This document shows, in pieces, positions 29,062-41,950 of a stretch of 64,000 bases of DNA. Numbering within the stretch: position 1 is the stretch's first letter; every line of letters starts with the position of its first letter. The notes below the pieces were generated by a model that saw only the letters and a list, made by a program, of their open reading frames with translations, ran no database searches and was not told the origin of the DNA. Position numbers and translations under genes: made by a program. The stretch is from Euprymna scolopes (Eukaryota): assembly GCA_053919585.1 (NCBI GenBank), contig CM132793.1. One strand, given 5' to 3'.

Positions 29062-29869
29062 TGTCATATAAAATTCATACTGCATTTTAAGCACAAGCAA
29101 AACAATGCAACCTTGATGTAAGGGGTTAATATGTGATACCAAATTTCCAGTAATAGTATATAGGGAGTTCAGATTGCTGTTCACATTTCATTGGAATGTC
29201 TACATGTTAGTACATTCACAAAAAAACAGGGAAGCAGAGACGCGCCCGAGAATTCACAAGCCTAGCTTTTCGAAGAAATCAACTATTTGTATAAAGGCAT
29301 TTCGGTATCTAGATATCTCACCAGTTTAAAGGTGGTACTTGCTGCTAGTCAAGTTAGTCGAAGGTATTTACGATGAGCTGCTAGAAGTGTTTGGCGGTAG
29401 TCGAAGCCATTACTACTAAAACATTTATAAATAAGCACAGGGATGCAACATTTCGTTGATGTAACGGAGGTTTGAGTTTTTTTCAGAGTGTGGAACATTA
29501 TTTTGGGAAATATGTTTTTTTTCTATTTACCATAAGTATTATTTAAATTTTTTATCGTCAGATATGACTCAACTATCTTTTGGATTATATCTTTATTATC
29601 ATAATGTTAAGACACAAAGAAACATACGCATACACTCTTTGTGCGCTATTTCTGTGTATGTTGCTATCGCTCTTACTATTTGCATTTGTTTCCCGTCTGA
29701 ATTATTTATCACCTCCCTCTCTTTGTTATACTTTAACCTACACATTTTTCAAAAGTAATATTACCTTAATAGAATTAATTTCGCGCACTCCACTTAAACA
29801 TAAACGACAGGATATGCCTTTTAGATGTTAACGAAAACGCTTTGTCATTGAAGCTTAATAAGGTTTATA

Positions 29870-30960
29870 TTCTTAACGTGTATACTATGGAGCTTCCTAT
29901 TTTTCAGCGAATAAGTCTTTAATTAATACAACTCGTTCCTAAATCCTACAGGAGACTGGAACGTTGTCTTGGATTTCAAGTTAGACTGAGTGGAAATCGT
30001 AACCATCTTGGGGACTTTTTGAAATGTTCAATATTTTCCCCCTGGCAAACGAAAAACGGGTATTACTGGACGAGATTGCCCAGAAACGAGATTTATTTTC
30101 ATCCGGTTTGTTGCCAGTCTTTCTTAAGGTAAGAGAAAAATTATCTCACACTCTATTGTTGTCCCGTATATGGTTATGGTAAGGGAATCTATTAATGATG
30201 ATACGATAAGAAAGCTTAGTTTTAAGAAGGAGAAGCTTCGTGGTTTCTGACGTGAGACGCTAGGATAGAGGGCTTCCAACAATTACGAGCGATCACTCTG
30301 ACTGCTTATACGAAATCCCGTTTTGGATAGACAGAACCTTTTACGCAGCAGGGTTACTTAGATACTAACTTGTATCAGTTGTAGAGGCTGGCAGAAAACT
30401 ACAAATCATTAAGTTACTATGCGTTTATTGTGTGGGATAGTTGAAGCTTATACATGTTGAACGGGCTTTTTATGTCCTGCGGTATATTCTCACATATTGC
30501 AGTTAAACATCGAGCAGTTATTAAAGGTGTGATATGATCGACACGACTAAAAGTGGGTAACGAATAAAGGACTTGCCCTATTTGTTAACCTGCTCACATT
30601 TGGAAACTCCTCCTTGGGATGCGTATTAGGCGGGTTTAATTAACATTTAATTTGGACAATTTCAACGAAATGTTGCTGAAAGTTTCGCGCTTGTGTCTTA
30701 TGAATAGAGATGTTTTTTGATTTGTACTGGAACGTATCTTAGATAGAGATTATTGGGTATGGAAATGATCACTGCCCTTTATAGAGTTCGGTACGGTTTG
30801 ACTACGTTAGTTTAAGTAGATGTTATTTTTAACTTAGTGTGTGAAGAACTTTATAAAAACAACTTTGTCTTTTTTGATTCTTTTGCTTTTTAGTCATGGT
30901 AATGCTTTATAATAAGGAGACAGATTAACTTTTTGTTAGAGATGTGGCGCCACCCTCATA
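29870..30960 (-). mobile_element. Highly decayed LINE (possibly I/Nimb group): endonuclease end to RT start
   Basis: Minus-strand remnants SDH (~30770) and PRWLRFPLSLT (~29980-30015; cf. PK..RPISLTS); AT content lower than flanks. Confidence 0.35.
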
Positions 30961-32538
30961 TTCACATTTTCGAAAGACGTCTATGAAATATATTTTTCAT
31001 GTTGACGCAATCTATATTTATTTTATATTTTGTAAAAAAATATTTATGAATTAATATTTATGGACAAGTTATGCACACATGACAATATGATAGACGTGTA
31101 ACCGCACTTTAATGGCATGTTTATTAATGTACAATATAATTTCTTTCAAGTTAATAACGATTGTTGTCTCGTAATTAATCACCGAGTGATCTTTTTCCGG
31201 TGCACAGCAAAACTATATTTTCCTTGAAAGGTAGATCTGAAGATTGTACTAAATGCACTGTCCATATACCTCTCTTAACAGATATGTGAACAGTGGAACA
31301 AGATCAAACATCTCCTCCGTTTCCGTAGTAAAAAGCAGGTTTATGAGCAACAGACAGATACTCAGAGACCGCGGGATTGGGGCGATTTTTAATGCATAAT
31401 CTCGGATCAGTTTCTACACTGAAGCGTGAGATGTAGGTAAGTGTAAGAGGGTTAAGTTAATGGTAACTGTTAATGAAGGGCTTCCACTCCGGAGTTTCAA
31501 ATTGGAGAATTAAGCCATAAAGGACATTTGGTCACCAAATATAAATAAGGCTTAGCATTATTTTTTGCATCGGTCAAATTGCGATATACGGCGTTCCCCA
31601 CTAACTCACCTTTTCTTTGACATTCACTGATGTTGACATTTATATATTGGGAATTACATCCTTTTTAACTGTAAATATTTGTTAATTCTATAAGAATAGT
31701 ATTTAAAAAGAACTACCGTGATTTGTGCACGACAGTTGTTCCAGGAAAGCGAATACACAAGGAAATTACGCTCATTTTAATTTATCTTGTTCTTTACTCT
31801 ACGTTTTACTTAGTTATAAATATGTATTATACATGTTATAATTATTAAATTTACTACTAAAATATAAACATTTGCTTTTAATGACTACAAAAGAAACTAA
31901 TCAAAGCAAGGATTATATAAAAGCACGCAAAGCAAGATAAATTCTTCTACAAATAAATACGATTCCATATAGGTAAACATTAATACCTGAGCATTTGCGC
32001 AGTTGATTTACCGATTTTATCAAACGTTCATTTATAGTTCAAACGACCGATAAAATCAATTACCTCAAAAAAAATTCATATCACACTTGTGGATATTTTT
32101 CACACATGAAATCAGGACAAACACTAATCCTCCACTAAAAGTTAAAGGTACTTGCACTGATTGTACAACATTTTATCCGTTGGAAAATTGTGAATACGTT
32201 TAAGTAAAGCAAGATGACTATTTTTCGACACAGATACGGTAATACTTTGTCGACACGTTAGTATAGAACAATGGGCAAATGGCAACCAACAAACCGTTAT
32301 CTTAGTCTCAGTACATCTATTGGAAGCAACTGAAAAAGTGATTTCTATGTGCAATGTTAACATCACATTCTAGAGGTAACAACGGCTGACTGTTAGGTCT
32401 TCGCTGGAACATTTCCGAGGGCGTAAAACGGTCTATACCTACAACTTATCATTCCGTCAAGTATGATACCATAGAGGACACATTCGTTTCGTAACATGGA
32501 ACGCAGAGCTAAAACTGTCTTGACATGAGGAGGTAACA

Positions 32539-32675
32539 GATGTCTATTCCGAAAGCCGTTCTTAACATGGGGAGTTTTAAAGTGTCTATTCCGACAGCCG
32601 TTCTTTACATGGAGAGGTTTGAGATGTCTATTCGGAAATCCGTTCTTAACCTGGTGAAATTGGGGTGTTTATTCG
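32539..32675. repeat. 42-bp tandem repeat, ~3.3 copies
   Basis: Unit ~gatgtctattccgaaagccgttcttaacatggggagttttaa. Confidence 0.85.
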
Positions 32676-33732
32676 TTGTAAGCCCATCCGAAATCCTATA
32701 AAAGTGAACATTTACAATGTGAACGGTTAGTTGGACATGTAAAAAATATCCAAAATATATACCAAATTGACTATATTCGTTTAAAAATTAAATTATTTCG
32801 TTTTGTTAAACAACTTAAAAAACATTATTAAACAATTTCTTCGTTTTTATATATGAAAAAGTACGATTGTTGAATGTTATTTTTTCGATTACTTTCGATT
32901 GTGGGGAGGGACAAGTAAAAAAAAGAACAGATCAAAACGGAAAAAATTAAAATTATATTACCTGATTATAACAGCCGTAAAACAGAGAGTAATCCGAAAG
33001 TTTTACCGAAAAGATCCATCATTATGTTGTGATAATAACTAAGGCTTATTACAAGTAGTCATTTAAAAGAAAATTATCCTGAAGTCTTTGGTTCTTTTGG
33101 ATAATACTAATCAGTAGATCTAATAATATTGACCTTGTGTGCAACTGTAATAGCAAAAGTAAATAACTTATTCAGAAAACTTAAACCTAATTTACGCATT
33201 CAGCATGTAACGACAATAAATATTATTGGCGTACTGCGTATTGGATAAGCCATAGAGTTTGCAAAATATGAAGAGCACTTGTTCAAAATAAGCACTAAAA
33301 TAGTCAGATGTATTTCAATGAGCATTTCTCCGAACACTGATCGGTGTCCTGTAGAGATTTCTTGCTAGTGGATTGGTGGGTGAATCGGGAATGCAGCAGA
33401 AAACATTAGAAAGATTTTATAAATTTATCCTTGAAATTAATATTGCCGATTCTAAAATCCTATCAGCCAATAGGCATGCATTTTATCAAACGAAGGATCT
33501 GTTTTAGAACTAGGTTAGTGGTTTTAGGTGGCCGTTCTCCTTTTTTTATATACATATAAATATANNNNNNNNNNNNNNNNNNNNNNNNNNNNNNNNNNNN
33601 NNNNNNNNNNNNNNNNNNNNNNNNNNNNNNNNNNNNNNNNNNNNNNNNNNNNNNNNNNNNNNNNNNNNNNNNNNNNNNNNNNNNNNNNNNNNNNNNTTGT
33701 TAGTTTTAAAGCTATTTTGTATCGCTATCCTA

Positions 33733-34885
33733 TGGTTCATATGTGTTTTTATCTAAGTGTAACGTGACGTCCAGGAAGTTTGTTATTTTTATGTTTGCTG
33801 ATATGTCCGATTAGATGAGGCCTAATTTTTTCATTTCTTTGTGTATGATTTTCTTAAAGTTTTCTTCCTTGACTTTGTTGGAGGTTTTTATTATAGCTAG
33901 TCCGTCATCTCTATATAGGCCGATATCCGTAGTATCGAATATGCTTGTGAGGGTATATAGAATGAATAATCCCACAAGATCTGATGCCTCTGCAGAGTCT
34001 CTGGCACCCATCGCCAAATCGAATGAATTTTTCATTTTAGTTTTTATCCATTGGTTATTATTATTTATTAGAACTGATTTTCTACATTTTTTAATTATGT
34101 TGACTTCTTCTGAGAATATATCAGTGTATACCTCGGCAAATTCTAGGACAATGTTAAAAAGTTCTTCGGATATCGAGGGATAAAAGTCTATGATGGCAAA
34201 CTGTATGAACGTACATTTATCTTTGTTTTCTATATTTTTAAACCAGGTGATTGCTTCGGTAGTATTTGCCCACTGGTTTAGTTCTAGGTCCTGTTTGATG
34301 TGTTTGTTTACTCTAGAAAGTATAGTTTTGCTAATTCTACCTATTTCTGGTTTAGTTGGGTTTACCAGGCGGGTGCTGGGATTATTATTAAAGTCCCATT
34401 TGTGGTCTTTAAGCAGAATGTATGACTCTCTAGGTTTCAATTTGCCAACTTTATCGCTAATTTTTGTTTATCGGTAATTTGTTTACTTTCAGTATTTATT
34501 ATATCTATGTAATTGCATTTGTTTGTGTCTAGTTTTTTGTAGTGTTTTGTAATGTTTTCTGTGATTAGTTTGTTATATTATTGCTTATCTATTTTATAAA
34601 AGTTTATTGTTTTATCTGCTTTTACAAAGATTTTATTAGAGTTGTTTATGTTTCTAATGATTTTGTGTAGTTTCCGTTGGATATTGTAAGGTTGATTGTG
34701 GAATTCTAGGTTTTTAATTACGTTTAAAAGGTCATTTTCAAAGTTTATCAAAAGGTGTATTGTTTTCGCATTTTTAAGGGTTTTAAAACCATAAGATTCT
34801 TTGTTGTTTACGTTTTCATTTTTAAGGAAGAAATTTGCTCGCCATCGCATTCGGCGTATTAGTTCATCTGTTTTTTGGATTGATT
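33733..34885 (-). pseudogene. PLE reverse transcriptase (disrupted, 5'-truncated, C-terminally deleted)
   Basis: RRMRWRANFF, YGFKT, FENDL, VKADKTINFY, LKDHK..F.NNPSTRLVNPTKPEIGRISK, FAIIDFYPSI, FDLAMGARDSAE, GLYRDDGL (catalytic DD), NFLDVTL. Confidence 0.92.
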
Positions 34886-34896
34886 TAATAATATAG

Positions 34897-35178
34897 CGAT
34901 ACTATGACCACAAAAGCACATTCAAAAATAAAAAGCACCGTATAAAAACAACACTAGCGAATAAATACTGGGAACTCAAAGAAAGCGGACATTCGCCGGT
35001 AGTCGAATGGAAAATAATGAGACAAGCTACCACATGCAGACATTTAGACGACCCATGTAAATTATGCCTCCATGAAAAATTTTCTATCCTGTACTTTAAA
35101 GACCCTCAAAATCTATTAAACTGTAGGCGGGAAATTGCAAACAACTGTGTTCACAAAATAAAACTTACTCTAGGATAG
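34897..35178 (+). pseudogene. PLE GIY-YIG endonuclease C-terminal half (open frame, missed by the ORF track)
   Basis: Manual translation RYYDHKSTFKNKKHRIKTTLANKYWELKESGHSPVVEWKIMRQATTCRHLDDPCKLCLHEKFSILYFKDPQNLLNCRREIANNCVHKIKLTLG*; RxxxH, CxxCxxE, LLN and CxH motifs. Confidence 0.88.
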
Positions 35179-35439
35179 CGATACAAAATAGTTTTAAAAC
35201 TAACAAAAACACTAGAAAACAAACAAATAAATAAATTAAATAAACATGAATATACATAAACGATCATACACATATATGTATATATATATGTATATATGTA
35301 TATATATATGTGCATTATTGTGTATACATAGGTATATTACTATGTATAAAAAAAAGAAAAAAAGAAAAAAAGGAGAACGGCCACCTAAAACCACTAACCT
35401 AGTTCTAAAAATATCCTTTGTTTGATAAAATGGATGACC

Positions 35440-35514
35440 ATTGGCTGATAGGAAGGAGTGCGGTGGATACTAGAAAGCTGATTGGCCAACTTGAAATCCT
35501 CAACATATATAAAA
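35440..35514 (+). promoter_or_regulatory. Putative pLTR Pol II promoter (two inverted CCAAT boxes plus TATA box)
   Basis: ATTGG at 35440 and 35481; TATATAAAA at 35506-35514, about 30 nt before the hammerhead. Confidence 0.5.
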
Positions 35515-35536
35515 ACAAGAAGCAACGACAGAATTC

Positions 35537-35600
35537 GCGCATAAGCCTGACGAATCCTTTAGTTGGATGAAACGCAGAATATTCAGTGTAGCTTAATCGC
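35537..35600 (+). ncRNA. Type I hammerhead ribozyme
   Basis: Stem I gcg-ca-taagc/gctta-at-cgc; core CTGACGA; stem II atcc/ggat with loop tttagtt; GAAAC; stem III acgc/gtgt with 10-nt loop; cleavage triplet GTA (35588-35590). Confidence 0.88.
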
Positions 35601-35726
35601 CATATATATATTTTATAAATTACTAACTAGCTCTACCTACGTATTAGCACTTTTGAAGTAAATACTTAAAGTTTACGCATAAATCTATACTTTCGTGTAT
35701 TAGATTTATGTGAATAAATGAAGTAG

Positions 35727-35808
<82 letters not shown>

Positions 35809-36930
35809 CCACCACTCGGCCTACACTGTCACTTTACGCTGGTCTAGTAATAAATAATTGATATCGAAAATATACCTAAATAATAGCCTAAACAGTATCC
35901 TTTCAAAAGCAACTCAAATGTGTATATATAATTTACCTTAATAATTATATTATACTTCTCGAACTGTCTTGTGCTCATAAGTCTTTCAGTTTGCACTTTC
36001 TTCCTCAAAGAAATGTAACCTCTTTGTAAATAAGTTTAGCNNNNNNNNNNNNNNNNNNNNNNNNNNNNNNNNNNNNNNNNNNNNNNNNNNNNNNNNNNNN
36101 NNNNNNNNNNNNNNNNNNNNNNNNNNNNNNNNNNNNNNNNNNNNNNNNNNNNNNNNNNNNNNNNNNNNNNNNNNNNNNNNNNNGTGTGCGTGCGCGTGTG
36201 TGTGTAAATGAGTGTGTGTGTGGATGTGTGATCGTGTGTGTGTGTTTGTAAAGATAAATATATATAAATATATATATAAAATATATGTATACATATATGT
36301 ATATCTATGTGTATGTATACGTACACGTATATATGTATGTCTAAATGCACATATATATATATATATATGTGCATTTAGACATACATATATACGTGTACGT
36401 NNNNNNNNNNNNNNNNNNNNNNNNNNNNNNNNNNNNNNNNNNNNNNNNNNNNNNNNNNNNNNNNNNNNNNNNNNNNNNNNNNNNNNNNNNNNNNNNNNNN
36501 NNNNNNNNNNNNNNNNNNNNNNNNNNNNNNNNNNNNNNNNNNNNNNNNNNNNNNNNNNNNNNNNNNNNNNNNNNNNNNNNNNNNNNNNNNNNCATAACAA
36601 CGGAGCGAAATTCCAAGTTTCGGGGTGCATGTATTCTGCTATTCAGTTCTTTCAGTATATCAACACTTTAGTACATTTAATATACCCTTAAAACTTACTT
36701 AAGTAAACATGCAATGTTAATACATTTATAGACTTTTTTGGACATTATATGCACATACCCCGTTGTCTTCAAGAAAATAGGGTAAACGTCAGGAAGAAAC
36801 AACATTGACAGATAATTACAACGCAAAGAAACATGTCTTGATAATCTACATGAATTTAATTGTAAGACACATGTGTGCATATGTAACTGAAATTAAGTTC
36901 AAAATTCCTACAGGTATAAGTAGATATACG

Positions 36931-37012
<82 letters not shown>

Positions 37013-37871
37013 CTTGTGTGTGTGTGTGTGTCTTAGTGCCGGCGCCTGTGTCCGTATTATTTGGATTCGGACGTGAGTTTGATTTTCGATGACACCTCCG
37101 ATCTTCTTTAGGTATATCTTGTCGAACTCGGGAATATTTCTGTCGAACACAGGAATTTAGACGGAATTTCTAGCGGAAATCTTTATTTACTTTATTTTGA
37201 CGGTGTTATTCCGTCAGCTATGACTGGATCACGCTGTAAGTAATTCGAAATTTACTTCTCGATCGCCCACACTGAAAATTGAACCTTCAACATTCAGTAG
37301 AATATCCCTTTTTTACAATTGATTTTTCCAAGTACTCTTACCACTGCGCCGCGGACAATTGTTGTACGAATTTTGGAGCCTTAAACCTATTTTACTTCTA
37401 GTTGTAAATATCACTATTTATTACTAATTATTTCTATATATTAACGTATATCAATATATCACATATCTACTCACACACACACACACACACACGCATATAT
37501 ATATATTAATTTACGTATTACTTGTATATGTTATTCATTGTTTAAAATTAATGGTTCTCATATCGTATTAAATTCTATACTAGGTCTACTTAGTAATTGA
37601 TTATTCCCCAGCATATGTGCTGCTTCTTTGCATCGTCTAACTGTCCTCTGGGTATATTTTTTACTTCGTCCTTTGTCTATACTTTTTAGGTGATGATAGA
37701 TGGTTTCCCTTTTCCCTCCAGATATGGTCAGCTATACCTTATTTTTTCAATCTTTCCACGTACTACAGCTGTTCGATATTCTCCAGACCGCACTGTTAGG
37801 GACTATGGGAACAGTAGTCCGATGAATCAAAATAATTCGAATAACCAAACCTCAGTTAATATATTCAGAAA

Positions 37872-37920
<49 letters not shown>

Positions 37921-38018
37921 TGTGTGTGTGTGCGTGTGCGTATACCAAATGAAGTTTTATATATTATAAATATACGCAATATATGAATGCATGTCTATAT
38001 ATATAGGCGTAATAAAAA

Positions 38019-38071
<53 letters not shown>

Positions 38072-39399
38072 GTGTATGTGTACGTGCGTGCGTGTGTATA
38101 TTTCTTAGTTAAAAGATGCATTGGTGTTTGAGGGCGTTCTGTTTTTCTGATCAGGTTTATGGTTATTTCACTTTGTTCTTATTATATTTGATGAATTGTA
38201 GGGGAACGGAATTAGATTCACTGTTGTGTCTCTCATGTTAGTTGATTAAGGCATGTTTATAATTATAGAAAAACCTTTCACGAGTTCATCTAAGTTCAAC
38301 TCATTTGTGCAGAATAAAATGCCGTGAGTAGAAAAACTCTGACAGCTGCTCTCTACCTCTATTCCTGATTCAATGTTTCACCAGGAACTTAATATTAAAT
38401 GTGTTATTTACTCTAAAGAAAGAAGATTGCCGTAGTCAACTATGATTTATCCATTAACAATATCCAGTTCGACGTAAAAACGAGGATTGACAATTTCCGA
38501 ACACTACCTCTAAAAACTCATACCTAATTTCTATTGTTACTCTTTCATTTCAATAATTGTAGATTTATATAGTTTTACATGAAACTGTATATTCAGAAAA
38601 TACACAGAAAGTTAACAATTCTAATACAAAAGTTATTTCAAATATGTTTAAAACTGTAAATACAAAATAATTGCTTTTTAAATAATTTTATACCAATTGT
38701 TATGCAAATTGAAAATAATGACATGTGCATTTTCAGTAAATATAAAATGCAACCATAGGCAACCATGTAACTCGTTTGTCATTCCATTCAAAAGAATTTT
38801 CATCATTTTATGTGCAACAATACATGTATTTAGCAAAAGTGAATAAATTCTCTGTCCTCAGTCAGTCGTACCAAATATTGTCCCGTGTGTTTAAAAAGAA
38901 AACAACTGGTATTTACTGCTTTTGGCAGTTTTATTCATATTTAATCCTGAAAAGATCATTTGTATTTATTATGAATTTTTGTACGTAAAATTGTTTATTA
39001 ATTTTTTAGTTTACCAAAGCAGCATTCGGAAGATAACCTTTCATAACATTATGCTAATAAATATGTTGCCTTATTTCGAAAAAAACGTTTTTTTTCCGAG
39101 GAAATTAATAGCATCTTAAAATGCCTAAATAAAACAACTGTTTTAACATGTTCTAATTGTATATTAAGGAAAGCAGAAAATAGATCTGTCAGCTTTGCAC
39201 GTTTTTTTAAGTCTCGGTTATTTTCCAAGCATCAGTCGTAGTTCTATCTCACCTCGCCCTTCTTTTTTCTTTTACTTCTTTCTAGCCAACTTTTGTGCAC
39301 GAGATATCGTTTCTGTAAAACTAAATGAAAAAAGTCTTTATATGTTGACACTCAAACCCCGATTGCGCACAAATTGGAATTAAACTTATTTTCGTATGA

Positions 39400-41950
39400 T
39401 TTCTTTGTATCGAATGCCAGTGCGTCTCTACAATATTCCGTTTTTGTTTATTCACGTGACTCCTCACACCGTTATCGTACCCTTCTCTGATCTCATTATC
39501 ATATAGGCAGCATTCCAGAGGAGGTCATATTTTTCGGATACTCCTTGGAGGAGGTTAGCCCTTTTCAGAACTGTGGACTTCCTCTGGAGCATGCGCTTCT
39601 TATTCTGACTCGTGAAAATAAAATAGCTCTCTGTCGTCGTCGTCGTCGTCGTCTCCTAACCCCGCTGAACCGCTCTTTGAAGGTATTTCTCTGTCAGAAT
39701 CTTCAGAGGAGAGTGCACTGTAGCAATGACGCAGGTTCTTCACGTCTTGTGAAATCGCATACACTAAGACGAGTTGTGGACTAATTATCTTGATTGCTCG
39801 ACCCTTGAAATATCAAGTTCACGCATAATCTGTTTGCGAATGTCTTGAATTTATAGTTGCGAAATGCTATGTCAACTTCTATGCTGCGTCGCGTTGAAAA
39901 CAGAGCAGTTTTAGTTAACGAATCGTGCTTTCTGAATTCTGTCGTACTAAAATTCTTCATACTAAAACCGCGACGGACCATAATATGTAATCGTTAAGAA
40001 TAGGATAAGCACTAGGATGCGTGATAGCCATCACTAATCGTTCCCAATATAAACTCTAATTTTCCTTTCTTCCAGTGAGCCGGCACAGGATCAATTGATG
40101 GATATTCGTCGCTCATTCATATAACCAAATTCACTGCTGCTTGCGTCATCTAAGGGTATGTTTTTCTGGCCAGATAATTGATATGTCGCACTATTGGGTG
40201 TCCACAATCTGTAGTATAACAATGATACGAGCATCGTCGATATCGGTTATATGTACTGCACTGATCAGGCGCTGGAGTCTTTCAATTTTTTATGCTATTG
40301 TACCAGCATTGTTGTACGCGCGTCACATGGTCGGCTGTGCTGTTAATTGACGCAACCCATGTCACATCTAATGATAGCTCGTATTCCTTTAACAATTCTT
40401 CAGTCTATTTGTCTCCTAATGCGTATCCCAGTGGTAGCCTTCGGCTGAACTCACGCTTCTCTGCTGAGAGTGTCCGATACTCAGTACCATACGTAAGAAG
40501 AGATTTTTTTTTTATGTACAATACCTTAGTCAGTTCTGAAACGCTAATTAAATTTACTTGAACACCATATCTATTACGCCCATATTAATAATTTACGTAT
40601 CATTTTCGCGTCTCTACCATCAAGCATTTTCCAGCACCGTCCTGTGTATTTCCAATGCTACACTGCAATATACGCACAAACTCCCACACGATCGATCGTT
40701 CTGCTGCATTGAATCCACACTCTCACATATCATATACTGGAGTAATGAGCTAGTTACCTTGTAATCTCAACTGATCAAATTAACTTTTCTCTTGTTCGCC
40801 TCATAGTGGGAGTTGACAAATAAGCCTTTCACACAGGGAGACCACATGCCCTTTGATAATACTAAGGACTTCTGGAATCGCGTTTCCTCGCTTTTACTGC
40901 ACATCATGTTACTTTCTTTAACCACATAACCCAGCATGTATGTGTCATCTCTCAGCCGTTCCATTTCCTAACATCTTGGTCTTAATCAAGCCAAATTTTA
41001 TTTCCTTGGATCGAGATGCGAGCATGGTGTCTTTGTCAACAAAGCTATTGTTGATATAGGCTGATTTTGTGAGATATGCCTTTGATAGAACCCTGCTCAT
41101 CATGACCCTCATGATAGGGCTAGCAACGTTTAATCCAAACCCAAGACATGTCAGGCAGTATATCTATTTATTCATATCCAGTCTTGTATGATCAAGTGCT
41201 TCTTGAACTCCTACTTGGAGATACGTTCTTCTGAGGTGTAGCAATGATACGTTAGCCCATTTATGGCGCTAGTAACCTATCTTAGAAGTGCAGACATATG
41301 CTTTGGCAGGCAATGCGTCCAGGTAATTGTTGAATTCGAGGTAGTACATCACTAGTCGCATTTTTCCGCTGCATTAGGTCCGTCAACGAAATTAAACCCT
41401 TGCGGTGTTCGAGTCTTTCTTTCGAGTATGGCATGAGCCAACCCTTCTTCATTACCAAGTCTAAGCTCAAGGCACCACCTTCCAGATACGAACGCAGGCT
41501 CGTCACATGCTCCATGTACTGAAGTTTCACTACCAACCTAAATTTCTTCAGCCATGCCATCACATATCTCCTGCAGATAAACAGATTCACTATATCACTG
41601 CGAAATCGTATCTTCGTCATGATAACGGTCGGATTCGCTTGAAAGCACAAAACAAGTTTTGTAAGCGCTGCACTTTTCTTACGTTATGTTTTTGTTTCCC
41701 AGCAGAAGTTGCACTTCTCACTATCTCTTGTCTTCTTCTTCTTATTTGTCGTCTCTATCGTCGTCATGGTAATCACCATTATCATCACACTTTACTTGGC
41801 GAACTCTCAAACACAAGATATAGTTTCCTACACAGGAAAGAAAAAAACGCGGCTGTTTATGTTTACCCTTCAATCCAGACATCACCCAAATACCTCTTAA
41901 TCTTATTATCTTCTTATTTTTTGTGTCGGATCAATTCCCCGTTCTAGATC
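39400..41950 (-). mobile_element. Decayed Gypsy/Ty3-like LTR retrotransposon
   Basis: Gag remnant MAWLKKFRLVVKLQ...YLEGGAL (41440-41560); RNase H end YELSLDVTWVASINSTADHVTRV (~40315-40385); integrase SIDPVPAHWKKGKLE, YYGPSRF, DIAFRNYKFKTFA (~39835-40100). RT largely missing; LTRs not delimited. Confidence 0.75.

Larger units (their letters stand above)
33458..35730. mobile_element. Penelope-like retroelement (probably Naiad clade) with inverted 3'/pLTR copy
   Basis: Minus-strand PLE RT 33733-34885, plus-strand GIY-YIG C-terminus 34897-35178, inverted repeats 33458-33732 vs 35171-35453, hammerhead at 35537-35600. Confidence 0.9.

Noticed and set aside
32539-32675. CRISPR-like repeat/spacer appearance
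   Set aside because: Linkers are only 11-12 nt and resemble each other; eukaryotic context; no cas genes.
35180-35530. SECIS element in the PLE 3' UTR
   Set aside because: No convincing AUGA/AA/GA stem-loop, and no in-frame TGA at Cys positions in the endonuclease fragment.
36319-36400. Perfect 82-bp palindrome centred on (AT)n
   Set aside because: It ends exactly at an assembly gap and pivots on a self-complementary microsatellite; most likely an assembly or strand-switch artefact.
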